Shown piece by piece: positions 23,706-34,975 of a stretch of DNA of 64,000 nt. The notes below the pieces were generated by a model that saw only the letters and a program-made list of their open reading frames with translations, did not search any database and had not been told where the DNA came from. The stretch comes from Tubulanus polymorphus (Eukaryota; Animalia; Nemertea): NCBI RefSeq assembly GCF_964204645.1, contig NC_134030.1, forward strand, positions 10,009,222-10,073,221. Reading direction: 5' to 3'. Position numbers and translations under genes: made by a program. Numbering within the stretch: the first letter of the stretch is position 1; the number at the start of each line of letters is the position of its first letter.

Positions 23706-24653
23706 AAAGAGTTTCCTGTTGAGTTGATCGCAAATAGCCTGTAGATTCATGAATATAAAGTTATAGTCCAAACTGTTTGGAGATGATTTGCGATATTCCA
23801 ATTGGTTGACAAAGTCTAAAACATGTTTATCTTGATGAGGAAGAGAAAAATTCAAACCGTAGCCGAGAAGTTGACACTGAGTAGAAGATAACGTGGTAGA
23901 TGACAAATTGACTATGTTTTCGGTGTTGCTAAATCTAGTCCAAGGGCTGGAATCAATGAGTTTATTCAGTTCAGTTTATACCCTGAAATGTATGACTGGC
24001 CTACATGACTAGTATTCCGGCAAAGGCATTGCGAAAATGCGCCCTTATGGGCCCTCATTTTACTGGAAAGTACTTCTTTCAAAAAGTCCCTCCTTTTGGG
24101 TCTTAAATTGTAGAAAAAGTCCTTCTTAGTACTCTTATTTACTTTGGCCTTACCACTGGAAACCCTGATTCATTAAGAGGCATAATGGATTGGCCGTACC
24201 CGCGAGCAGGTACGCGCCGCACCGGCTCCGGGTCGGACGACGGTTCTCTGAATTGTGTGTGACGACGGTTCCATGAATTACGCGTGTTTGTTATTTTGGT
24301 TTGGTGCCATATTTCTAGTAAACGAAGCCGGATATATCGAAAATGTGTCAACTTCCTGGAACCCAGGGCTCGTGACCTTACTATTAGGAATCCGTGTAAC
24401 ACCACGTGGTGCGTGCATGTAAGCCTGTCATAATAACAATAATCCGCAACGTGCATTGCATTCATAGTATGAATTGATCTGACATTCGAATGGTGGTAAA
24501 TTTAGAATTTCTTTTGTCCACATATTCGTATAAAAGTTTTAACAATCCGTTATGGGAATTTTCGTCAAACCGCCGAACTTCAGACGTGACAAAATGACGG
24601 TTTACAAGCAAAGCCACCCTGAACCGGCTAAAAGCAACCGACTCGTATCCAAA

Positions 24654-26420
24654 ATGGAGCCAGATCAGCAGACGACGGAGACAGCTAACGATGACGGAGC
24701 CGACAACCTTATTACAGGAATTGTTCTTTTGCTTTGTTGCATCATGTACAGTTCGATGTTGTTTTTGCTGTTCGGTTTTTTTGGAAAAGACAGCACGATT
24801 GCTCGACTTACCGTGCGATATTTCGGGCGAACAAGTAGTGGTAAGTGTCAATTTCTCAACAACTGTTTTGCAATCGATACTAAATCAGTTTGCGCCAATA
24901 ACGAAAACGGCGGGGATAACGGCTAGATTTTGAGCTATTAACTTTGTAAAAAACTGTTTTGGTCATCGCACTGGATAAGTAATTATGATACTTTTCGCCT
25001 CCACTAAGTAAAATAGTTTTAGGGCAGGCAAAGGTGAACGGTATATGTTCAATAGAAGTAAGTTCATCAATTTTGGTGAGGTTTTCTCAACAATTAAAAA
25101 AAACTAATATTTATCAAATAATGTCATGATAATTTCGATGTGAACACGATTCGGTAAGAGTAAAGATTAAGGGACTAGCTCATTTACACGCCTAGGTTTA
25201 GGGTCTATTTTACAGCTAGGGATAGGGTTAGGGTAAGGTTTGGTAGTATGTAGTTAAAACATTCAATGGGATTCAATGAACACCATTAGTCTAGTGGGGA
25301 GACGGCCTCCACTAGTAATATCGCCGGATTCAGTCCCCTATTCTTAACTTGCACCCAAGATTCAACGGAAATTTTAAACCATCTGGAGATGATGGAAATC
25401 AGCGTTGCATTTCTATTTCGGGTTGGGAGTCTGAATGTAGATAAATCTAATTGTTAGTTATAATCAAGAGATTTTATTTGGTCGTTTGTAAAGTAACGAT
25501 CGGCACGAAATAAAATATTATTTTTGCCAACATCTTTTTTAAGACGACGACGGCGATTCATTGATTTTCTACGTTAGGATACGTAAAGCATTTATGGTTG
25601 AACGATTCTGTAACGTGAGTTCATACCGGACATACATCAACAAAGGGATTAAGGGAAGTAAATGGGGATAGTCCGTCGTGAGATTTGGACGGCGCGTGGT
25701 TTAGACTTTAGAGCTACTTAAACAAATAAATAGATTAATGAAATTGCGGCGATAACGGAAACCGACTCCCGTACTCGATCAGCCTCGAACTTCGGAACGG
25801 CGAGTAAAGTACACAATGCATCGTAAGACTGAGATTTGATAATCGAATGTCAACAAACGCGACACCGATTGAAGTCCAAATGTTATTTTGTATATGTAAA
25901 TAAGATTATTGGAATCCTGTCAAAAATTTCCAAATTCCCTATCCATGTTTACAGTCTAGTAGTTCTAAGAATGAATGTGTAAAAAAAATTGACATTTTTA
26001 TCCATGTTTACGCTAGTTCTAAGAATGAATTAACTTTGATTTATCCTAGAGAAAACAAGAAAACTAACTTGAAAGTTTGTTGACGCCTTGAAAATAATAC
26101 ATACATAAATTCCTTGAGATTGTCGACAATAAATAATATACATGTAGTATAAAACACATCATCCATTAAGTAAGGACCAATAAAGTTATTTTTGGATTTG
26201 AATATATCGATATTTGAATTGAACTGACCAGTAACCATATAACCCAATATATTGATGACGTAGGGTAGCGCACATCCACACAAGAATAATTCTTGAAATG
26301 CATCAAACATGAAATATTTTACGGTTTTTACGGCGACAAGAATCGGATTTAGAGACTTTCGCTCGGATTAAAAAGTATTTTTATTTACTTCAGAAAATTG
26401 TATGGATTCAAAGAAGGTAA
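24654..26420 (+). CDS. Candidate orphan small single-pass membrane protein, putative exons 24654-24840, 25544-25614, 26394-26420 (94 aa)
   Basis: AAAATGG start context, hydrophobic stretch LITGIVLLLCCIMYSSMLFLLFGFF, perfect GTAAGT donor at 24841, and phase-compatible downstream exons with pyrimidine tract/AG and GTGAGT. No recognisable homology. Confidence 0.35.
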
Positions 26421-26974
26421 ACCGGGTCTCGTTGAGCGATGGCGCGTACACGTGAAGAATTCGAGCATTCGTGATATTGGTAAATAATCGTGTAGCTAAG
26501 AGGAACCGAAACTGTCTCCGAACTAAGTCCCAAACTGAATGTTTAGGGAACTAGGTGGCTCTTTTGTCACGTATAAATACGTACGGTTTGCTTCAAAGAA
26601 GCTGTTTGTGTAAAGTCTAAAGCGATGATATCAACAAAAGAGTATCCCAACTCCAGCCGGGAACCGGAAATTTTTGCACATAAATTGTAAAGATTAAGTA
26701 ACCTGCCTTAAAATCTGCCAAAATCATGGTCTTCATAGTCTTCAAAATGAATATTTTATTTCAATTTTTATACGAAAAAAGATTTAAAAAAAAACAAAAC
26801 ACCGGCCTGCCGGGTTTGATTTCCAAATTCTGACAAATTAGGTACATTTCTTAGCCTAATCGAAATATAGAATTCCGAAATGAAACTGAATAAAGAGCTT
26901 AATTATTTTCACCATTATTTTCGATTGTTAATGGTTTTTACAAATCGTATGCCATGTATGTGGGTCCATGGATC

Positions 26975-28186
26975 TCAATTCGCCATCGAGCAGGAGTCGT
27001 CTAGTCTTATCACCCTCTCCAGCGAACACAAACTTGCCATCGAAATGACCGACTGCTTCTGATTTGGACTGGGCACCGAATCTTTCGGTGGTATCGCAAC
27101 GGTGGAGACGCCGCTATTTTTGGCAGCCGAGCGCGGCTTTTCGATATCGCAATAGCAACGAACGATCGATAAAACGTGGTCGAAAAATTTTGCCAGGCGA
27201 CGTATGATTTTGAAAGCCACTTCTTTCACCTCCCGCGACCGCAGTCCGTATACGATTTCGTTCAGGAAACTGCTCGCGTAGAGAAACCACACGTACAACA
27301 TGGACATATCTTTGGGTACGGCTTCGGGGTTTATCAACCGAGCCAGTCTGACCAGAATCAACGGTGCGTGCGAACACGCAAAACACGCGAACATGATCGC
27401 GAGCGTCGTAGCCGACCGCAGACGAGATTTGTAGCGAAACGCGACGCGGTTGCCGTCTGTATGCTGACGCGCCATCTCTCGGATATGACGCTGCGCTACG
27501 ATGTAATTGCTAACCGCGGCGTATATATTGAATATGAATCCCGCTAAGACTAGCGCGTACGTGACGAAGAAATAGTCCATTATCGGCGTGGCTTCTTCGC
27601 CGGTCGGGTCCATCAGGAATCCGCACTGTTCGTAGTTGGCGTCGTAAATTCCTCCGAAGATTATCGCCAGTACTGTGTGGTACAACGTGATCGCCGCGAT
27701 CACGGCGAGCAAGGTAGCGATCACGTTCTTATTACTGGCGATTACCGGGTATTTCAACGGGTAGTGGATAGCTATATACGTTTCGGTGTTGACCAGTACC
27801 ATTCCCCAGTACGACACGTTTATACAAATGCCGGAGACCCAGGCGGCGAGCGTGCACGCTGGATACGGATGAGGCCATCGACCGAGGATACCCGCTTGTA
27901 TGCTGACGGGCATCGTAAATGCGGCCTGCGTGAAATCGGACAGAGTCACCGCTATAAGCAATTTACCGTGCTGCGAACGTCGCAGACTCTTGCTATAAAC
28001 GAACGTCGCTAACATAAACGAATTCGACACGCAGCCCAGCGAGCAGATGAGAATCTTTACGGCGACTATACTCAAAAATCCGGCCGCCGATATCGACAAA
28101 ATTTTGTCCGCATCGTTCTCCGAATCCGCGGCACTGATATTCCACAACGCTGGGGACGATGTATTATTCTCCGGTGACAAGTTCAT
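26975..28186 (-). CDS. Intronless class A (rhodopsin-like) orphan GPCR, about 403 aa
   Basis: Seven hydrophobic segments; N-glycosylation sequons NLS/NNT/NIS; TM1 Asn, TM2 LSD, ECL1 WP and TM3 Cys, ETYIAIHYPLKY, ECL2 Cys, TM6 SHAP, TM7 LNEIVYGLR. The first ATG is at 28186 (the ORF track starts at an upstream TTG). Confidence 0.9.
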   Translation of the reverse strand: MNLSPENNTSSPALWNISAADSENDADKILSISAAGFLSIVAVKILICSLGCVSNSFMLATFVYSKSLRRSQHGKLLIAVTLSDFTQAAFTMPVSIQAGILGRWPHPYPACTLAAWVSGICINVSYWGMVLVNTETYIAIHYPLKYPVIASNKNVIATLLAVIAAITLYHTVLAIIFGGIYDANYEQCGFLMDPTGEEATPIMDYFFVTYALVLAGFIFNIYAAVSNYIVAQRHIREMARQHTDGNRVAFRYKSRLRSATTLAIMFACFACSHAPLILVRLARLINPEAVPKDMSMLYVWFLYASSFLNEIVYGLRSREVKEVAFKIIRRLAKFFDHVLSIVRCYCDIEKPRSAAKNSGVSTVAIPPKDSVPSPNQKQSVISMASLCSLERVIRLDDSCSMAN

Positions 28187-29064
28187 AACGTCAGAATCCA
28201 CGAGCGACGACGAATGGTCGTGATGGTGGGAAACGATACATTTACCGCATATTTTAATATGAAAACCGCACAATTTTTTATATAAATCTCTTAGTCTTCT
28301 AAAATTGTGAGATTAAAAACACAGAATATTTCGAAGGGAGCGATTGTCATAAAATATGTATAAATATTGCGTTTTGATTAGGCATTTTGTAGCTTAAAAA
28401 CAGTGTGAATTTCTGTTAACATTTGCATTTCGTCCCTTTTCGTTAGTTTCTCAAAATTAACACTTTTTCTCACGACTATTCGTTCTAAAATCGATCTAAA
28501 ACAGAATCAATTGGGTTGAAATTATTTCAAGTTAGATAATGTAATAAAACGGTTCGTTGTCAAGTTCCTTTTCTCCTTAGTATTTTTTCGACTATCTCGA
28601 CTTTTTCGACCTACTTCTCGCTTATACTGAACTCACCTTTCCGAAAACTGTTTTCGGAATAAATTGAAATCGTCACCTACGATCGCGGATCTATCAGATC
28701 TATCAGACACGTCCATGAGCACATTCTATTTCTTCATCGAACTCAAATCGCATCCATATTCAGTTGTATTATGATTTCAATATACGCTTTGTAACCGCGT
28801 ATCGAATCTGATGTATAAATTGATCACAGCCTAATAGACGACTTCTGATAACAACGGGACTAATTTTCAATTTAGATAACTTATAAATTAGATAGTTGAT
28901 ATACGATCCGATACAGGTGGTACGACAACAGGTCATTAAATAAAATATTGCGTCGCGTCCACCTCCACAGACCTCGATATCTCGCTTTCTAGTAGTCGAA
29001 TGAAACTCCCTAATCCGTGTACACTGTAGGTAATCGAGGTTAATCGAATCACTTCTACTCCACT

Positions 29065-29340
29065 AAGTTAAATGATTTATATCCAGTCTGAACTGTTCAT
29101 AGAATTGTGTGGTTTCTACAGTACCCTGGTTGTATTCATTTGTTGCTTGTTCTGTTTACCTTAATTCTGATACTTAAGCTTTTGTTTATGTCCTCTGAAT
29201 TTATCTGCTCCGTTACATCTGTTTTTGGTCATTCCACCTGATGATGGCTGTTTGTCAACAGCCGAAGCGTTGTGGTATCGTCTCAATAAATTATATCGTA
29301 TAAAAATTCGAATTGTGGGACTTCTTCGATTATCTTTCAT
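29065..29340 (+). mobile_element. Short 3' remnant of a Penelope-like element with a hammerhead motif (29231-29278)
   Basis: ATTCCAC-CTGATGA-T-GGCTGTT(TGTC)AACAGCC-GAAG-CGTT-GTGGTAT, then AATAAA and TTGTGGGAC. Possible TSD TCCACT at 29059-29064 and 29341-29346. Confidence 0.65.
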
Positions 29341-29960
29341 TCCACTCGCTCTTTTTAAGGTAGCGACATTATCGGTACGTAATTAACGTTTAATGAAATC
29401 AATCGCAATGTTGGTTAGAAATATTTCGAACCGCTTCACTTATAGCGGGGTAAGTGATAGCTTTGTAACTGGGAGTGAGACCATAAGAGAAAAATCAAGG
29501 ATGTTTGACGAATCGGTAGATCGGTCCAAGGAACGTCCAATCAGAGTCATCATGGGATCTTTACAGGAATAGGCTTGTATGTGCATCTATAAATAATAGC
29601 CGCGATCACACGGAGACGATTCGGCCCGAGCCAAATTAGAGGGCGCGCTCACACGCAAACCATTCACTCAATACTAAACAATGCTTAAACAAACTGAAGT
29701 GAGTCACTGCCGGAAACAGTAGCAATTCAAACGCATTATTTGTCCCGTGCCAAAAATTTGGCTCGGGCCTGGTTCGATGTTTTTGGTCGGGCCAAACAGG
29801 CATTTGGTACCCGCGTGAACAGTTGTTCAGGGCCAAAACGCTCGTGTGATCGCAGCTAATGACTATTCACTAAACGGTATCGAAATGGCAAAGAATCTCT
29901 CAAACAGGAACTGCGACTGCTGCTATCAAGAGAAGTTCAAGTTCAAGTTCAAAAGAGAGG

Positions 29961-30008
29961 TGTGTCGCCTGACGATGATCTCTAGGGTAAGATCGAAACG
30001 TCGTATTT
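29961..30008 (+). ncRNA. Minimal hammerhead ribozyme motif (solo pLTR-like remnant, about 29860-30072)
   Basis: CTGACGA-T-GATCT(CTAGGGTA)AGATC-GAAA-CGTC, followed by AATAAATAAA and TAGTGGGTTTTTATC. Core intact, stem I weak. Confidence 0.65.
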
Positions 30009-30389
30009 TCTATATATTTTACATTGAATAAATAAATTCTTGTTTTAATCTGTAGATAGTGGGTTTTTATCTTATTATGTATATGTATATATGACGGCTT
30101 CTAAATCCGGAATATGATTAGTGTGACTTGGGTTTTCCGATCAGCCCTTGAAATGTATACAGAACGCGGTAGGGGATATATCATTATCATTATATACATA
30201 ACTTCCATTTCCCAATTATCATTCCAAGAGGGCATTAGGCTTTTTATTCAATGTATACCCCCCTTGAGTCCCTTTTTGTCCTTTGCCTCTATTACGCTGC
30301 ACAATGTAGAAGTATTTTCCTTACATTTCTCATGTGTTGGCTTTAATTTTGTATTGCACTTTTGAGTAAAGAAACAAACTTATATATAA

Positions 30390-33300
30390 TTAAAAATCAA
30401 AATGGCGGCGTAGACACAAACACATTTCCGAAGCTCCGCTTAAAAGTTGGTTTAAGGTGGTCCGGTGTAAGTTTTTTTTGTGTGGATTTTTTCGTTATAT
30501 CGCATCATTGGTACTGTGGATGTTCACTATGGTTGGTGGAAATGGTAAAAAGAAACGCAATAAGTCTGGATCTGATGTTACCGCGGTAAAACGTCGTGAT
30601 CAGAAAAAGACCCCTAACAAGAATCCAGAATGTACTGGTGACATAGGTGACTGTTCATCCGAATCGAGTGATCACGGTGATAAGCCTAATATAGACAGCG
30701 GAAATGACAGCAATGCGAGTCTCGGTGATATTGTTGCTATGTTGAGCGACATGTCAACGAAATTAAATCGGTTGGAGCCAATCGAAAAGGCAATGGAAAA
30801 TCTGTGCACAAAATATGACCAAGTGTCGACTGATAACAAAATCACGAATGAAAAAATCGGTACATTGACCGCCGAAGTTGGCCGTTTACGCATGGAAAAC
30901 GTGAAGTTGAGCAATACCGTGCTCGACTTACAATCACGATCTATGAGGGATAACCTCCTCTTTTTCGGCGTGCAGGAGGAAAAAGATGAAATCGTGGCAG
31001 ATAGAATCTACAACATTTTAACGTCGGAGGCTGGAATAAATGATGCGCGTGACAGAATAAAGTTTGTACGTGCACACCGTGTCGGAAAATATAGTGCTGG
31101 AACTGTGCGACCGATTGTCGTTAAGTTCCACTTTTACCCTGATAGGGAAGAAATTCGTGGAAAATCCGCACTTCTGAAATCTCGTGGTCTTAGAATCGCC
31201 CAACAAGTCCCTAAAGAAATCCGAGAACGTAGAAAAGCGTACAACAACGTTGTGGAGGAGGCAATTACCAGAGGTGATAAATTTCATTTCATTGGAGACA
31301 AACTTTACCTGAACAACCGCTTGTTCCAATTCAATGAGAAAGATTCAACGACACCCCCATCCAGACTTAATAAGAACGGGCTGGACAGCCAGATTGTTAT
31401 CGATCGCGAACAGAGGCACAATAGCGATGTCCGTGACGTGAGTGATGCCTTGCGCGAGGCACGTGCCACCCTCGATATGGAATAGGAAAGCGTCGGAAAT
31501 AATAATAACGCGGAACGATTGAAACTCTGTTTCTTAAATATTAAAGGATTATTCAGTCGGAAAGCTGGTACACGGACATGTAAACTGGACCTTCCGGAAA
31601 TCCAGGCTTTATTAGACGTGAATGATATAATCGCATTCGAGGAAACCTGGAACTCTAAAGACACCGTATTTTCAGTACCCTGTGGATATACGTTTTTTCA
31701 AAGTACGAGAATGAAAAACCCTCGCGCGCGTCGAAATTCTGGCGGATTGTTGCTACTTTTTAAATCCGAATTACGGCAGGGTATTGAATTATTAGAAAAT
31801 AACCATCCTGATATTTTATGGGTGAAATTATCAAAAGAATTCTTTAATTTTGAAAGAGATATGTTTGTTTGTTTAGTGTATGTAGCTTGTGATAATCGTA
31901 GCACGGATGACTTCTTTCATGATCTGAGTTGTCAGATACTTGCTCATCAACTTGATGGCAATGTATTGGTGGCTGGTGACATAAATGCACGGACCAATGT
32001 ATACTCGGGTCTCCCTCCCGATCCGGATGCTATTAATATGCAATTCCTTGAGTTCGAACATGGGGTACGAAAATTACTTGAAGACCATGATATTGACACA
32101 ACTAGATCACCTCAAGATGATACTGTTAGACCAGATATTAGAGGCATGAATATGATAAACATGTGCATAGGTTGTAATTTGTTAATATTAAACGGTCGGG
32201 CATTTCAGGATAAATCGGTTGGAAAGTTTACGTGTCATCAACCAGGTGGCAAAAGTATGGTCGATTATGTATTAGCCGATTTTAACATGATTGATATACT
32301 GTCTGACTTCCACGTGTCTGACGAATTACCTTTCTCTGACCACGCGATAATTTCTTTTAGTTTGCAGGCTAGGATTGATAAACACGATAATACCTCAAAT
32401 ACAAATTTTACGTCCCATAACAAAACTACTTGTCACAAATTCAAATGGCGTAAAGAAAGGGAAGTTGAATTTGCTCAGTATATGCATTCAGATGATACCC
32501 AATCTTACCTCAACGATATTATAAACAATGCAATGAATAGAGAACATAATGAGTTTTCAATTAACGAATTGGTTAATGATTTTTCAAAATTCTTCCAGAC
32601 TGCGGTCGAAAAAGTTCATGGTTCATTTCAAAATTCGAGGAACATGAATAACAATAGGCCTATATCATGGTATGACGGCTCGTGCAGAAAAGCACGACAC
32701 CGACACAGATTATACCCGAATGATTTAAACCGATTTCTGGTCAAAGAAGCACGGGATAAATACAAGTCCACTATAAATAGTGCTAAAGCATTGTATGATG
32801 AACGTATGCTGGATGACCTGCTGAAAGCGCTAGATTCAAATAACCACAGAGATCTATGGTCAAAATTTTAAGGGCCCAATGAATACGTTGATACTCAACT
32901 AAGCATTGATGACTTATATGAGCATTTTAAAAGTATCTCGTATGAAGATCGCCCTCCACTGGATGTTGATATCGACGTATCTGATCACATAATTGATCAG
33001 CAAATCACATTGGAGGAGGTTAATAGAGCATTTAAAATGCTTAAAAGAAATAAATCTGCAGGAATAGATGGTATAAAAGGCGAGGTATTTATCGCTGGTG
33101 GCAACCCAATTGTTACTCAACTTACTATTCTTTTTAATATTATATTAGATAGTGGACGGTATCCCGAATCATGGAGCACTGGCTATATTGTTCCACTACA
33201 CAAGGGTGGTTCAAACAATTCAGCAAATAATAACAGGGGCATAACCATCTTGTCGGTATTTGGCAAACTCTTCTCAATAATTTTGAATACTAGATTAACT

Positions 33301-34665
33301 TCATGGTGTGAGGCATACTCTGTTCTATGGGAGGCGCAAGCTGGCTTTAGGCCAACTTATAGTACAACGGACCAAATATTTGTATTGAATTCAGTTATAA
33401 ATCACCTGTTAAACAAGAATTGCAAATTATACGCGGCCTTCATTGATTTTTCGAAGGCGTTTGATTTGGTTGACCGCTCGTTATTACTACAATAACTCTC
33501 TGTGAGTGGGATCTCGGGTAAAATATTATGTATTATCAATCTATGTATATGTCCACAAAATCATGTGTAAGATATCAAAACCATTACTCTGATTATTTCA
33601 TTTGTGAAACAGGGTGAATGTCTATCACCTTTACTTTTTAGTCTCTTTATCAATGATATGGAAAGCTGTGTGAAATCCGGAAATTATGAGGGAATTGATA
33701 TGGGAACTCTGAAACTATTATTACTCTTATATGCTGATGACACGGTAGTGCTGGCAGATTCTCCTGACTCTCTTCAAGTGGCGCTCGATAATGTTTATAT
33801 CTATTGTGAAACCAAACATATTAAGATAAATTATGATAAAACAAAAATAGTTATATTTAGGAAATCTGATAACGCTCGGTTATATAAATGGACAATTAAC
33901 GGTCGAGTACTTGAATGTGTGAGTCATTTCAAATACCTAGGCTTGGTATTTAATTTTAATGGAAAATTTACTCAAACTATAAACTCGCTAGCAAATAATG
34001 GAAAAGCAGCGTATTTCACATTTCGCCTATATCTTTTACGCTACCCAAACATAACAACACGCTTAGCATTCAAGTTCTTTAACCCCATGGTTGTACCGGT
34101 CTTAAACTATGGATGTCAAATATGGGGGTTTCAGGTAGAGAAGAAATTGGAGCGCATTGTTCTTAAATTCTATAAATCTCTACTGGGTGTAAAACAGACC
34201 ACACCGGACTTTTTTGTCTATGGGGAATTAGGTGAATATCCACTGTTTATTAACCAGCGACTACAGGTACTGAAATACTGGCTAAAGATCATTAAAACAA
34301 AACCTGAAAAATTTTCAAAAAGAGTAAATGATTTCATGTTCACCGAATGTCAAGGTTCACTTCACATAGTAAATTGGGCATCAAAAGTTAGGGATCTGTT
34401 GAATAGCCTGGGATATGGCGAATTCTGGATTAATCAGAGGGTTGAAAACGAATTGTGGTTTATCCGTTCAGTCGAGCAACGTATGAAAGATATTTATTGT
34501 CAAAATTGGTTTAATGCAATATCTACGTCTAATATAGCGTTATACTATCGGGACTATAAAATGACTATCATGTATGAGCCATATCTGGACATGTCAAAAT
34601 TTATTAGAACTACTATAGCAAGATTTAGGTGTTCAAGTCATGATTTAAAAGTGGAGACTGGTAGA

Positions 34666-34689
<24 letters not shown>
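30390..34689 (+). mobile_element. Near full-length two-ORF non-LTR retrotransposon (RTE-X-like), ORF2 disrupted, 3' end missing
   Basis: ORF1, then an APE endonuclease (LNIKGL, FEETW, SGG, AGDINART, VDY, SDH) and RT (EAQAGFR, FIDFSKAFD, QGECLSPLLF, YADD, FKYLG, YGELG, FRCSSHDLKVETGR). In-frame TAA stops at 32869 and 33493; frameshifts at about 33540-33600. Clade is inferred from motif style. Confidence 0.9.
30520..31485 (+). CDS. LINE ORF1 protein (coiled coil plus L1-type RRM, Transposase_22-like)
   Basis: Heptad-like coiled-coil region followed by RSMRDNLLFFGVQE, RAHRVG, RPIVVKF and LRIAQQVPKEIRERRK; uninterrupted ORF. Confidence 0.85.
   Translation: MFTMVGGNGKKKRNKSGSDVTAVKRRDQKKTPNKNPECTGDIGDCSSESSDHGDKPNIDSGNDSNASLGDIVAMLSDMSTKLNRLEPIEKAMENLCTKYDQVSTDNKITNEKIGTLTAEVGRLRMENVKLSNTVLDLQSRSMRDNLLFFGVQEEKDEIVADRIYNILTSEAGINDARDRIKFVRAHRVGKYSAGTVRPIVVKFHFYPDREEIRGKSALLKSRGLRIAQQVPKEIRERRKAYNNVVEEAITRGDKFHFIGDKLYLNNRLFQFNEKDSTTPPSRLNKNGLDSQIVIDREQRHNSDVRDVSDALREARATLDME

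Positions 34690-34975
<286 letters not shown>

Larger units (their letters stand above)
21472..23978 (-). mobile_element. 5'-truncated, degenerate Penelope-like retroelement (RT plus C-terminal GIY-YIG endonuclease)
   Basis: RT motifs KADKG, YGLPKIHK, PLRPIVS, FGIAMGNPLSP, YVDD, IPFLDV, VYRKPT (22401-23600). GIY-YIG GIYKIPC..C..VYIGETGR..EH (21878-22375). Frameshift near 22400; motif-A Asp replaced by Asn (SFNVTSLF). 14-bp TSD TACCCTGAAATGTA at 21458-21471 and 23979-23992. Confidence 0.93.

Noticed and set aside
27114-28012. Overlapping or antisense ORFs on the GPCR, and similar ones on the LINEs and P450
   Set aside because: Expected shadows of real coding sequence; no independent motifs.
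26975-28186. GPCR as an opsin
   Set aside because: The position equivalent to the retinal-binding Lys296 (six residues before the TM7 Asn) is Tyr.
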